Shown here piece by piece: positions 1 through 9,437 of a stretch of DNA of 58,736 bases. The notes under the pieces are model-generated. The model did no database searches, was not told where the DNA came from, and was given only the letters and a program-made list of their open reading frames with translations. The position numbers and the translations under genes are program-made. Source of the DNA: a virus (lineage: Duplodnaviria > Caudoviricetes); the IMG/VR virus record IMGVR_UViG_3300023243_000165, positions 1 to 58,736 of that record. The stretch is one strand, 5' to 3'. Numbering within the stretch: position 1 is the first letter of the stretch; each line of letters starts with the position of its first letter.

Positions 1-9
1 CCACTACCA

Positions 10-135
10 CCGCCGCCAAATATAAAACTCATATTATTTTAACTCCTTTGTGTATAAATATCTTTTTACTTGCCATTGTTTACCTTTTAAAAACTGTTGC
101 CAACCCGGTCTTGCATGCACTGCTATCTTTTTGCA
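10..135. repeat. Terminal overlap, copy 1 (circular assembly)
   Basis: 126 bp identical to 58611-58736; unit genome ~58,601 bp. Confidence 0.97.
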
Positions 136-495
136 ACCTTCTGATATCGCTAAATCCTCTATAGTGTCTGCAGCTTCGTCTTGCCATAGTTCTCTTTTTT
201 CTCCTTTTAACAAAATAACTTCACACTGTTTATAGTTTGGAAGTATCATTATTCTTGTTACAAATACTCCAAACACTTTGTATCGTATTCCGTCATCAGA
301 ACCAAACATTGTAAACAATTGAAAGGCTCCTTCTTTAATTCCTTCTTTAAGATCTTCAATACTCATGGGTTCACCATCGTGTTTAAGACCCTCTCTTAAC
401 ATAAACTCCACAAGTGACCAATACTCGTCAAGTTTCGTAGCGTCGATGTGTAGTACACCGACTTGTTTTTTAATTTGTTTCTTTTCTAGACGCAT
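34..495 (-). CDS. Conserved phage protein in ejection-gene block (possible GNAT-like/tail assembly protein)
   Basis: 153 aa ORF between putative ejection genes; C-terminal 'GCKKIAVHARPGW' resembles GNAT-like podovirus proteins. Confidence 0.55.
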   Translation of the reverse strand: MRLEKKQIKKQVGVLHIDATKLDEYWSLVEFMLREGLKHDGEPMSIEDLKEGIKEGAFQLFTMFGSDDGIRYKVFGVFVTRIMILPNYKQCEVILLKGEKRELWQDEAADTIEDLAISEGCKKIAVHARPGWQQFLKGKQWQVKRYLYTKELK

Positions 496-1441
496 CTAAT
501 AAATCAAAAATTCTTTTAAATTTAGCTTGTTGTCCATAAAAAAACGCAGCACCTTTTTTACGCATATCTTTATAGCTTTTTGGATCGCCGCCTTCCATAA
601 TACCTGCACCTAATATTGCATCTGCTCTTGATACAAATTCCCCATCTGCTAGCTGAGCTAACATAGTGTCTTCATCTTTATCACCATTACCTGAACCGTC
701 TTCTACATAACCCATTGCTCTAGTGTAGTTGTTTGTATCGTTCTTGTCATGATCTGTCATAGAAGGTAAGTAATTTATACCACCTTTATTAAATTTTTTT
801 ATTTCTGCAATTCCACCTTTATTAAAACTATACAAAGAATCAGAACCTCCACCATAATCATACGGAGATTGAGTTTGATTAACCCCTGCAGCATCTGCTT
901 CATAATCATAAGTGTTTAAAATATTTTCTAATTGTTTATCAGCTTTTACTTTAGCTTCAGCGTAATCTTCAGGTTTAGTACCTTCAGGCATTTCTGCCGG
1001 ATCATCTTCACCAGCTAATAATGTTGTTAGTCCCGCACCTATTCCTAATTGTGCTCCTGTACCTAGACTCATAAATCCAGAACCTTTTGCAGCATCTGTT
1101 GCTGCCTTGCCTGATAAGTTTGCAGCTTCAATTTGTTCTGCTGTTAAAGCTTTTTCTCCTAATAAATTTGAAATACCACTACCTGCAGTAGTTTGTCCAA
1201 ATTGTTGAGTTAACGGCATATTTATAAGTTGACCCGCAGGACCAGTGGTTTGTCCTATGAACTGACCTGTCATACCCGGCAATGATGTTTGGCCAAACGC
1301 CTGCATTCCAGGTACTCCCGCCATACCACCTAATTGACCTAAACCACCTGCTATTGCAGCGTCTCTTAATGATCTTTTTGTAGATTTGCCTCTAAGCTTT
1401 TGAACGCCGAAAGTTGCTAGTGCTATTGTAAATGGATCCAT
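470..1441 (-). CDS. Putative internal virion/ejection protein
   Basis: Gly/Ala-rich hydrophobic N-terminus; FNKGG twice, then 'GSGNGDKDEDTMLAQLADGEFV', a tape-measure-like C-terminal motif. Confidence 0.7.
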   Translation of the reverse strand: MDPFTIALATFGVQKLRGKSTKRSLRDAAIAGGLGQLGGMAGVPGMQAFGQTSLPGMTGQFIGQTTGPAGQLINMPLTQQFGQTTAGSGISNLLGEKALTAEQIEAANLSGKAATDAAKGSGFMSLGTGAQLGIGAGLTTLLAGEDDPAEMPEGTKPEDYAEAKVKADKQLENILNTYDYEADAAGVNQTQSPYDYGGGSDSLYSFNKGGIAEIKKFNKGGINYLPSMTDHDKNDTNNYTRAMGYVEDGSGNGDKDEDTMLAQLADGEFVSRADAILGAGIMEGGDPKSYKDMRKKGAAFFYGQQAKFKRIFDLLDASRKETN

Positions 1442-1484
1442 AATAATTTTTTACAGTTATTATGTTATTTTAACTTATATAAGA

Positions 1485-2255
1485 CTATTCTTCAATATCA
1501 CCCAACTTTTGCAAGTCATCCATAAACTTACCTGTATAATGGTATTCACCAACATGGCTTATTTCTTCGTTTATAAGAGCATGTATTTTACCACCCATTG
1601 AAGTCCATAATTTACAAAAATAGAAGTCTTCCCCAGTGTAGGTTTTATCTTTCGGGCTATAGTATGAATCAAAAAAATTATAATAATGAGGTCTCTCTAC
1701 TAGCTCTCCATTGACCATAGTCTTTTGAACAATGTTAAGGTTATCATATTCTTTTTCTAACTGTTCAAACACAGTTCTTTTAATCATCATCATACCTGTA
1801 GGTCCTCTTGTCACTTCTATATAACCATCTTTAGGTGAAAGGTTATTAGGATCTTTAACAGTTAGAGGATATACATGACCCATCGTATTAGGTAAATCAT
1901 CAGGTCTTGCAATTAAATCAGTTCTAAACTTTTCGTAATTAACTGTTTTCATAGGATAAGGTATTAAAGAAACATCATAAGGTGAGTTGAACAATCTTAA
2001 TACTGACCGAGTGCTAAAATCCATATCGCTGTCTATAAAAATCATTCTATCTGCATCTGAATTCATAAAACCAGAAGCACACAGGTTTCTGCCTTGAGTA
2101 ACTAAAGATGATTTCATCAATTGAAAAGTAATTTTTATTTTATTTAAAATACATTCTTTTTGTAAATTTAAACAAGCTTTAGCAAAATGTATTGAAACAT
2201 CAGAATGTACTGGTGTACATACCATTAAATGGTTATTTTTGTTCTCGTTTGACAG
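1485..2255 (-). CDS. Glycosyltransferase, GT-A fold
   Basis: 'FIDSDMDF' DxD motif, 'GPTGMMMIKR', 'GEDFYFC'; start is ATG 2225 or in-frame CTG 2255 behind AGGAG. Confidence 0.8.
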   Translation of the reverse strand: MSNENKNNHLMVCTPVHSDVSIHFAKACLNLQKECILNKIKITFQLMKSSLVTQGRNLCASGFMNSDADRMIFIDSDMDFSTRSVLRLFNSPYDVSLIPYPMKTVNYEKFRTDLIARPDDLPNTMGHVYPLTVKDPNNLSPKDGYIEVTRGPTGMMMIKRTVFEQLEKEYDNLNIVQKTMVNGELVERPHYYNFFDSYYSPKDKTYTGEDFYFCKLWTSMGGKIHALINEEISHVGEYHYTGKFMDDLQKLGDIEE

Positions 2256-3174
2256 TGAGTGCTCCTTTTAAAAAGTTAGTCCAAAATTTACCTATTATTT
2301 TCCAATCATAGAATCTTTGGAAGTATTCTTGTTGATATTTTAGTCCCCAGGATAAATCTGTTTTTAGCATTTCTTTACATTGTAAAACACATTCAGCTAA
2401 TTGAATTGCTAGTTTTGCTTTGTCGGGTGTATAAGGAATGTAAATTGGAAATTCAGCACAGGTTTCTGGTAGTGCGCCAAGGTCCGTGGTTATTAATAAC
2501 TGACCCGCTGCCAATGATTCCATTGCAGATATACAAAATGTTTCTTCCCAAATACTAGGAAAACAATTTATATCATAGTCTTTTAACTTACTTACTAATT
2601 CATCATGTGGACAATAACCCATGTAATTAACATTAGGTAATGCTTTAGCTTTTTCATAAAGCTTTTCATATCCTTTATCGTTTTGGTTATGAAAAGATGA
2701 ACCATATATAATAGTACTTGAATAAACATCTAAAGTAATATCGGGATCTTTTATCGCTTCCATTGTAGCTAAAGCAACTTCCAACCCTCTCCAAGGAGTT
2801 GAGATGTAACACATTTTAACTTTTTCCTTAGGGGTAAAATCTGTTTTTAATTGCAACTCATCATAATCAACTGCGTTTTTTATTACTGTACATTTATCTT
2901 CAGGTATTTTAAAAAAGTATCTATACTTCTCGTAACTCCAATGTGAGTTAAATACATACCAATCATATTTAGAATGGTTATTTTTATCTTGAAACCAGCT
3001 TTGTAAGTTAGGTTGATCGTATGAATTTTTTATCCAAAGTATATTTGACTTAACCGGATCTAAAGGTATTTTTTCTGGTATAGAAGTTGTAATTTGTACT
3101 GAATCAATTAAAGATATAGGTACGTGTTTTTTTAGATAATCGAATTGTATTTCAGTTCCACCATAGGGTTTCAT
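2233..3174 (-). CDS. Glycosyltransferase, GT-B fold (GT4-like)
   Basis: 'PYGGTE' N-terminus and 'FPSIWEETFCISAMESLAAG' E-x7-E motif. Confidence 0.88.
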   Translation of the reverse strand: MKPYGGTEIQFDYLKKHVPISLIDSVQITTSIPEKIPLDPVKSNILWIKNSYDQPNLQSWFQDKNNHSKYDWYVFNSHWSYEKYRYFFKIPEDKCTVIKNAVDYDELQLKTDFTPKEKVKMCYISTPWRGLEVALATMEAIKDPDITLDVYSSTIIYGSSFHNQNDKGYEKLYEKAKALPNVNYMGYCPHDELVSKLKDYDINCFPSIWEETFCISAMESLAAGQLLITTDLGALPETCAEFPIYIPYTPDKAKLAIQLAECVLQCKEMLKTDLSWGLKYQQEYFQRFYDWKIIGKFWTNFLKGALTVKREQK

Positions 3175-3395
3175 AGTTTGGTTTTACCAAAAACCTGTAA
3201 AGATGCAACTGTTATTTTTTGATTAATTTGTAAATCTTCATTTGTAGTGTCTGTATCATTATTTGCTACATCAGCATCAAATTCTTCTTTTGATGCATAT
3301 TTCTTTTGAGTTCTTCTATTAATTACTTCTTCTTCAGCTTTAGCTGGAACAACTGGTACCTCTTCACCATTAATTATTACTGTTTTTTGTGTCAT
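3171..3395 (-). CDS. Hypothetical protein
   Basis: 74 aa ORF translationally coupled to neighbours. Confidence 0.75.
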   Translation of the reverse strand: MTQKTVIINGEEVPVVPAKAEEEVINRRTQKKYASKEEFDADVANNDTDTTNEDLQINQKITVASLQVFGKTKL

Positions 3396-3526
3396 TATGC
3401 TCTTCCTTGTTTGTTATACTTTTTATAACACCTTTTTTCATTTTTGTTAAGAGTCTTCTTATGACGTCTTGGACGCTTACGGGGTTTTGCTCTAGGTACG
3501 AATGAAGAAAAATTTTGTTTAGCCAT
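3395..3526 (-). CDS. Small highly basic protein (43 aa)
   Basis: Hand-translated MAKQNFSSFVPRAKPRKRPRRHKKTLNKNEKRCYKKYNKQGRA; fills the gap with TAATG coupling. Confidence 0.75.
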   Translation of the reverse strand: MAKQNFSSFVPRAKPRKRPRRHKKTLNKNEKRCYKKYNKQGRA

Positions 3527-3854
3527 TTTCCTGTGATCTATCTAATAAAGCATAACTTACAGCTCCTGTTATTTCATTTGCAGTATCTGCTTGCATTTTA
3601 AGAACATCGTCAGCTTCCATATTTAAAGTATTACTTATCATATTTGTATATTCTGCTGATAAAGTTTGGTGACTTATCTCAACGTCTGATCCACCAGATT
3701 TTTGCAAATAAGTATCTAAGACCACACTTCCTCCGGCCTTATGACTAGCCTGCACTGTTTTTACAAGAATAGTTGCATCTGCAGGACATGTTAAAATAGT
3801 AGTAAGATTAGTTGTAGTTAAATCGAATGTTTCGCTTTTGTATCTTATTGTCAT
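3519..3854 (-). CDS. Putative tail-associated structural protein
   Basis: 111 aa beta-rich ORF downstream of tail nozzle gene. Confidence 0.65.
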   Translation of the reverse strand: MTIRYKSETFDLTTTNLTTILTCPADATILVKTVQASHKAGGSVVLDTYLQKSGGSDVEISHQTLSAEYTNMISNTLNMEADDVLKMQADTANEITGAVSYALLDRSQENG

Positions 3855-4015
3855 GACATAAAGTAATTAAAGGAATCTTGTTCGTTTTTCAAGTCCTGTT
3901 GATAAGAAGTATTTAATTGATTTTCAACAGTGGCTAGTGCTTGGTTAATTTGTCTAAACCCTTCCGGAGAGTATTCGGGTTGTGGTTCTGGTATGTATAC
4001 GTTTATCTTAGCCAT
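3851..4015 (-). CDS. Small coiled-coil protein (54 aa), possible tail plug/needle-associated
   Basis: Hand-translated MAKINVYIPEPQPEYSPEGFRQINQALATVENQLNTSYQQDLKNEQDSFNYFMS; coupled at both ends. Confidence 0.7.
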   Translation of the reverse strand: MAKINVYIPEPQPEYSPEGFRQINQALATVENQLNTSYQQDLKNEQDSFNYFMS

Positions 4016-6150
4016 TATCTTTTTCCATCAGGGTTAACGTCTGCTCTAAAAGTTCCGAATCTCCAAGTCTCATTAACATTATTATTTTGTATTTTTAAAT
4101 TAGCTAGTCTACCTCTTGCTCTAGTATCTATTTTTTCTGTTGTAGAGTTTATAGTAAAAGGCCCTAATTGGGAAGAAGTCCCTGTATCAATTGGGAAGTC
4201 TTTTAAAAATATTGTAACTACTGCATTCCCTTGTAAATTTTTAAAATCTGGTATAAATCTACTAACTCTCATTAGATATTCACCATCACCTCCTGTGGGT
4301 AAATCAAAATCCCCCGATTGAATATAAGCTGCGATAGCTGTTTCTGTTCCATTTAAAGCTATTTCATTATTACCAATCTCATGGGCATAATATAAAGAAG
4401 AGCCAAAAGTATTAGTTGCACCACTTAAATTTGATATAGTAGGTATAGCAGTTGAATCATAATATGTTGCATAAGGTACATCATAAGTACTTGCGTCTGC
4501 ATAAGAACTTCTAGCTAAAGTCATTGTAGACCAGTTATTCTCTACATAATTATAAACAACCGATCTATCATTTTGAACTGCTGGACTACCTAAAGGAGTA
4601 CCTGCTGGATAAAACCAAACTATTTCATTGAATAAAGAGTTGTGTGAAGCATAAATAATCTCACTAGAGGAATAATTAATACCTTCATTAGATCCAGTGG
4701 TCGTGAATACAAAATCTTCCACAAGCGATGGAAGTAATTTAACTGTACCATCAAATACAAAAAAGCCTCCGCCGGCACCCATCCAGAAAACTTTACCATC
4801 TGCATAAACAGCAGCATGCTGTCCAATACATCCACAGTTAGAGCCCACTTGTCTTATTGAGAAAGTAAAAGGGGGTCCTACAAACTGCATTTGATAAGCA
4901 GCTTGATCTGTTAAAATTAAGTTGTAATCTTTACCTGAAATAGCAGCTACAATTTTATTTCCTGTATCTAATCTAAAAGTTCCTGCCGTATTAACTGAAG
5001 TAGGTTCATATATATTATAATTCTCTTGATCACTGAATCTAATAAACATAGGGTCTTGTGTTGATGTGTCACCAATAGTTGTTTCTGTCCCAAAGTGAAC
5101 TACGTGCCTATCCCTATCTGAAGTTATTGTTGATCTTGTGGCAGTTGGAGCACCTACCATAATAACTGCTCTCTGTTCTAAAGGATTTGAATCAGCTGGA
5201 TTCCAAGTAAATGTTTTACCATCTTTAATTGTTGCAATTAATTGTTCTCCGAAGTTATCTAAAGACCATGAACCTGGGTCTAGAATAATAGTTGAGCTAG
5301 TTGTACCTGACCCCCAAGAAAGCCTGCTCCAATTACCTGTACCCCAACCATAACCATAAGTTTGAATTGTTGGACCAATATCTTCGTAAGGATTTATTGT
5401 AGCTCCTCCACCTGCCGTCATTCCTGTTCCAGTTTCAGTTGTTGTCATTTGAATTGTAAAAGAATTTGTAGCTATTGTAAGAATTTCAAAAGTATTTGTT
5501 GTAAAATCTGTTGTATTGTATCTTGTAACTGTTGCTTCTCTTACTGCAGTTGTATCTACATGAGCTACGGCAGTGGTACTATTAGTACCTCTTGTGCAAC
5601 CTGTTAGGTCATTTGTAGATATACTCGCATAGGTTATTAGCTCATCCCCTATTCTTACCGTTCCGGCGGCAGAAAAACCTGATGCACTCGTTAAAGTTAT
5701 TGTAGTATCAGAATCTGTTATAGCACCATTTAAAGTTGTAGTTTGTCCAGGCACTGTTACAGAACTTAAAGTAATATATTCCCCGACATCCAATGGGTGT
5801 GATGTTTTATTTACAGTTACAATATTTGATCCGTTGGTGCTTGTAAAAGTTGCACCTGTGATTGCTGTTGCTAGTGGAGTAATATCGTAAAATTTATCTT
5901 CATAATAAATGTATAATGCTTTTGATGTACCTAGTGCTGCATATCTTCTACCTTCTAAATCATTCCAAGTATGTTGAGCACGCGTAGGCCCTGCAATAGT
6001 TTCTTGTCCAATAGCGGTATAGCCACCTATTTTTTCTGGTTGACCATATCTAAATCTAACAAAATCACCATCTATCCACTGTCCTTCAGCACCCGATGGG
6101 GTATCTGCTTTATTAATACCTGGTGCTATTTTTACATTTGTTAAAGGCAT
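4015..6150 (-). CDS. Tail nozzle/stabilisation protein (P22 gp10-like beta-propeller) with inserted beta domains
   Basis: 711 aa; 'VRFRYGQPEKIGG', 'IRFSDQEN', 'NCGCIGQHA', 'YNYVENNW'; position before ejection genes. Confidence 0.8.
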   Translation of the reverse strand: MPLTNVKIAPGINKADTPSGAEGQWIDGDFVRFRYGQPEKIGGYTAIGQETIAGPTRAQHTWNDLEGRRYAALGTSKALYIYYEDKFYDITPLATAITGATFTSTNGSNIVTVNKTSHPLDVGEYITLSSVTVPGQTTTLNGAITDSDTTITLTSASGFSAAGTVRIGDELITYASISTNDLTGCTRGTNSTTAVAHVDTTAVREATVTRYNTTDFTTNTFEILTIATNSFTIQMTTTETGTGMTAGGGATINPYEDIGPTIQTYGYGWGTGNWSRLSWGSGTTSSTIILDPGSWSLDNFGEQLIATIKDGKTFTWNPADSNPLEQRAVIMVGAPTATRSTITSDRDRHVVHFGTETTIGDTSTQDPMFIRFSDQENYNIYEPTSVNTAGTFRLDTGNKIVAAISGKDYNLILTDQAAYQMQFVGPPFTFSIRQVGSNCGCIGQHAAVYADGKVFWMGAGGGFFVFDGTVKLLPSLVEDFVFTTTGSNEGINYSSSEIIYASHNSLFNEIVWFYPAGTPLGSPAVQNDRSVVYNYVENNWSTMTLARSSYADASTYDVPYATYYDSTAIPTISNLSGATNTFGSSLYYAHEIGNNEIALNGTETAIAAYIQSGDFDLPTGGDGEYLMRVSRFIPDFKNLQGNAVVTIFLKDFPIDTGTSSQLGPFTINSTTEKIDTRARGRLANLKIQNNNVNETWRFGTFRADVNPDGKR

Positions 6151-6169
6151 AAAGCCATTTTACATCATT

Positions 6170-6844
6170 TTAGAGCTTCATCCAAGTAGACGGAGAAGGT
6201 ATATTATGTTCAGATTTTACACCCTCTTTCATAGTTAACATGATATCCCCTGATATAGATAGTCTTGGAGTATCTTTATTATTCTTACCCGTCTCATGAA
6301 ACATCATTGAAGGGAATATAATTACATTGCCTGTCTCAGCTGGGTATTCAGCTTTACCGTAATTACTGTTATCCCACTCTGTAAAATAAGGATCTCTTTT
6401 TGGTATTGTTAAACCAACTTTATGTGCTTCATCATCTAGTAAAAACAAGTTACCTTGTTCATGAGCTTGTGGGTAGTAGACAAAACTAAAATGACTGCTC
6501 ATGTGTCTGTGGTAAGAAATGAACTGTTCTTTAGCGGATAGAGTTGCCCAAGACTTTGTAATATAAACTTCAAATAAATCTAAGTTATATTTTTGTGCAG
6601 ACAAACAACCTTGTATAACTTTAGTTAACTCAATATATAATTCTTTAAATCTTTTATCTTTGTGTAAGTTATCATCTATTGATTGTAATTCTTTTGGTTT
6701 TACATCCGTGGTCCGTGAGTACTGAGAATTGGTTGGAGTAATATCTTTAGTGATGATAGGTACAATTTTTTTATTAATCTCTTCGAAGTTTTCTAACTTA
6801 GTTATGTATACAGGATAACCAAACCATTTAGATATATTTGCCAT
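6170..6844 (-). CDS. Putative 2OG-Fe(II) oxygenase (TIGR02466-like)
   Basis: HxH 'HRH', 'IFPSMMFHE', 'RLSISGD'. Confidence 0.85.
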   Translation of the reverse strand: MANISKWFGYPVYITKLENFEEINKKIVPIITKDITPTNSQYSRTTDVKPKELQSIDDNLHKDKRFKELYIELTKVIQGCLSAQKYNLDLFEVYITKSWATLSAKEQFISYHRHMSSHFSFVYYPQAHEQGNLFLLDDEAHKVGLTIPKRDPYFTEWDNSNYGKAEYPAETGNVIIFPSMMFHETGKNNKDTPRLSISGDIMLTMKEGVKSEHNIPSPSTWMKL

Positions 6845-6855
6845 AAGGCACTATA

Positions 6856-7779
6856 CTAATTTACTCTTAAAAATCTATACTGAATTTCACCTGTTCCGCC
6901 TGAGCCCCCTTGAGTAGATCCAGGGCCATATTGAGCTCCACCACCTCCTCCCCCAGAACCTCTTGTTCCTGCTGATCCATTAGTTGATGAACCTACTGGA
7001 GAACCTGCTCCACCAGAAACATTTCCAGAATAAGAAGCAGCCCCTGTAGAACCACCAATTTGACAGTTATCTCCACCGCAGTTACCGTTGTTTCCCCCAA
7101 CAGCACCATTTCCATTACTATTAAAAGTACCTGTTGGACCTGAAGTTAATGTAGTAACTGATTTAGTGGCTCCGTCTGTATCTCTAAAATTTCCTGAAGT
7201 GATTACAGATCCTGAAATTGTATTTGAACCTGCGGTTCCTGCTGTGTTACTTCTTAAAGGGCCTTGTACACCACCTCCTGAAGCTGAAGCTCCGCCACCG
7301 CCAGTTAATGTAAATATACTTCCCGTTGTGGATCCAGATATAGTTGTGCTAGCACCTCCGCCTGCACTTCCACTATAAGTACCTGTGCCATTTGCACCAG
7401 ATGAACCGACACTATAAGAGATTGTTTCACCAGTAGTTACAGTAAATACTTTATCAGATACATAAGCTCCTGATCCACCACCTGCACCTGCTGATTCTCC
7501 GCCTGCTTTATCATAATCAATACCCCGCATTGCACCACCACCACCGCCAGCACTTGCTTGAATGTGAATTGCGTTAGCACCATCTGGTACTGTAAATGTT
7601 CCTGAACCTGAACTTAATGTTTGAACTGAACCTGCAGTGAAAGCTGCAAATACTAACTCCCAAGTACCAGAGTTTTTAGCATAAATTTCATCAGCTTCTT
7701 CCCATACTCCGGAAACTTTTCCATAAGCATTTTCTACTTCTTCAAATGTTCCTGAAACCTTTGCATAGGTATTAGCCAT
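6856..7779 (-). CDS. Glycine-rich tail fibre/spike protein
   Basis: Polyglycine repeats, 'GTFTVPDGA', 'GGGGGG'. Confidence 0.75.
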   Translation of the reverse strand: MANTYAKVSGTFEEVENAYGKVSGVWEEADEIYAKNSGTWELVFAAFTAGSVQTLSSGSGTFTVPDGANAIHIQASAGGGGGAMRGIDYDKAGGESAGAGGGSGAYVSDKVFTVTTGETISYSVGSSGANGTGTYSGSAGGGASTTISGSTTGSIFTLTGGGGASASGGGVQGPLRSNTAGTAGSNTISGSVITSGNFRDTDGATKSVTTLTSGPTGTFNSNGNGAVGGNNGNCGGDNCQIGGSTGAASYSGNVSGGAGSPVGSSTNGSAGTRGSGGGGGGAQYGPGSTQGGSGGTGEIQYRFLRVN

Positions 7780-7781
7780 TA

Positions 7782-7976
7782 TTAATTATACCCCAATGCT
7801 TCATCTGTGTTAATTTGATCAGGATCAGCTAAAATATCAATTCTTTTAATTTTAACAACATTACCCTTTTCATTTCTAAAAACTTGTTCAACATCTTTAA
7901 TGTTTGAGCTTGAGTTGTAGTTTTCTTCTAAACTACTAATCTCATTAGTTGAGTAATAAAATTTATAAGTAGCCAT
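7782..7976 (-). CDS. Hypothetical protein
   Basis: 64 aa ORF in tail operon. Confidence 0.6.
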   Translation of the reverse strand: MATYKFYYSTNEISSLEENYNSSSNIKDVEQVFRNEKGNVVKIKRIDILADPDQINTDEALGYN

Positions 7977-7984
7977 TTAAAACC

Positions 7985-8650
7985 TTATGAATATTTAAAC
8001 CAAATATCCCCATCATTACCTCCCGAAGGGGCTGCTGTACTAATTGTAAATTTTCTTTCAAGTTTTGCAGCGGTTACTGCATCATTAACTAATTGAGTTG
8101 TGTCGACAGCATCAGCAGCTACTTTTGCGTTAGTTACCGCATCTGCTGCAATTTGATCTGAGTCCACTGCATTATCCGCTATTTTAGCATTTGTAACAGC
8201 GTCATCAGCTATTTGTGTAGTTCCAATAGTTCCACCTAAAGTGTTAAGGGCTACTTCATTTACATTTGTTCCGTCAGAATAAGCCGCATGAATTTTACCT
8301 TCGTCTAGTTCAAAACCCGTTCCAGATACCGTTTTAAAAGTTAAAGTGTTTCCGCTATGGGTAGTACCATCTTTTAAAATATAAAATTTTTCGATTGAAT
8401 CAGGAATGGTAACAGTTCTAGTTCCTGCTAGGGTTCCTGTAAAACTAAGAACCATATTTCTAGCATTAGAAATAGAAGCATTAGACATTACTAGAGCTAC
8501 ATCACTAGCTGCTACATCAATTGCTTGATAACCTGCAATTGCTTGTTGTACTAAATCTAGGTTTGTATTTGTTTTAGTTCCCCATGTACCGGCATTTTCG
8601 CCAGTTGCCATAAGTTCTAATTTAAGATCTGCAGAATATGTTGAAGCCAT
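7985..8650 (-). CDS. Tail fibre-like structural protein
   Basis: 'GENAGTWGTKTNTNL' N-terminus, repeated IADDAVT units, 'PSGGNDGDIWFKY' end. Confidence 0.75.
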   Translation of the reverse strand: MASTYSADLKLELMATGENAGTWGTKTNTNLDLVQQAIAGYQAIDVAASDVALVMSNASISNARNMVLSFTGTLAGTRTVTIPDSIEKFYILKDGTTHSGNTLTFKTVSGTGFELDEGKIHAAYSDGTNVNEVALNTLGGTIGTTQIADDAVTNAKIADNAVDSDQIAADAVTNAKVAADAVDTTQLVNDAVTAAKLERKFTISTAAPSGGNDGDIWFKYS

Positions 8651-8667
8651 GCCTTATTATATCCTTA

Positions 8668-9351
8668 CTATGCTGCGATATCAACCTCAACCCAATTATT
8701 TGAAACCCCTTCATTTACTTCAGTCCATGTATTTGTTACATCAGGGTCTACATTTGACCATGCAGTAATTAGTGGTGAATTTAAAGAAGTATTTAATTGA
8801 GATCCGGTAACAGGTACTTCTGTAATTACCTCAACAGTTACTGAATTTATTGTAGTGGTTAATTGAGATCCTGTAGTATCAACAGGAGTGTTTATATCTA
8901 TGGTTTCTATACCAAGTGTTGTTGTTAACTGTTGTCCCGTAACACTAACATCAGCGTTAGCTGTTGTTGTAACTGATCCTGTATCTAATTCAAGTTCTTG
9001 TTCAGCACCTGATATAACACTAGTGTTACCTTCTGCTGAAACAGAGTAAGTTCCTATAGTCCAGTTTAATTGTTCTCCAGTAACAGAAACAATTACATCG
9101 ACAACTATGTTTTCATCCCCTAAAGATAAAGTTAAATCTTCTCCGGTTACATTTACAGGAGTGTTTAAATTAATAGTTACATCATCAACAGAAGATGTTA
9201 AAGGGATACCTGTCAGATTGACAATAGCACCTGCGATAACTGTTGTATTACCAATAGCTGTATTAAGTTCTATACCTACTACATCTACATTAACATTAGT
9301 TCCCCCTAATGAGGCTATCGGTGATTGGGATAAAGTTGTTATTCCTAACAA
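8668..9351 (-). CDS. Tail-associated structural protein with VTG repeats
   Basis: Thr/Val-rich repeats; TTG start behind AGGAG. Confidence 0.7.
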   Translation of the reverse strand: MLGITTLSQSPIASLGGTNVNVDVVGIELNTAIGNTTVIAGAIVNLTGIPLTSSVDDVTINLNTPVNVTGEDLTLSLGDENIVVDVIVSVTGEQLNWTIGTYSVSAEGNTSVISGAEQELELDTGSVTTTANADVSVTGQQLTTTLGIETIDINTPVDTTGSQLTTTINSVTVEVITEVPVTGSQLNTSLNSPLITAWSNVDPDVTNTWTEVNEGVSNNWVEVDIAA

Positions 9352-9375
9352 TGTAAACTCCTATAATTTTATGAA

Positions 9376-9412
9376 GGAAGCAGCAAGACATGTGGTGGAT
9401 GCCCCTGCCTCC
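9376..9412 (-). promoter_or_regulatory. Leader RNA hairpin downstream of an extended -10 element
   Basis: GGAGGCAG/CUGCUUCC and GGGCAU/AUGUCU stems, CCACCAC loop; G:U pairs work only on the minus strand; TGATATAAT at ~9420-9428. Confidence 0.5.
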
Positions 9413-9437
9413 ATTATAAAATTATATCACTATAAAC

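Noticed and set aside
10-135. Terminal repeat as a physical direct terminal repeat
   Set aside because: 126 bp overlap cutting through coding genes; the size and position fit an assembler k-mer circularisation overlap
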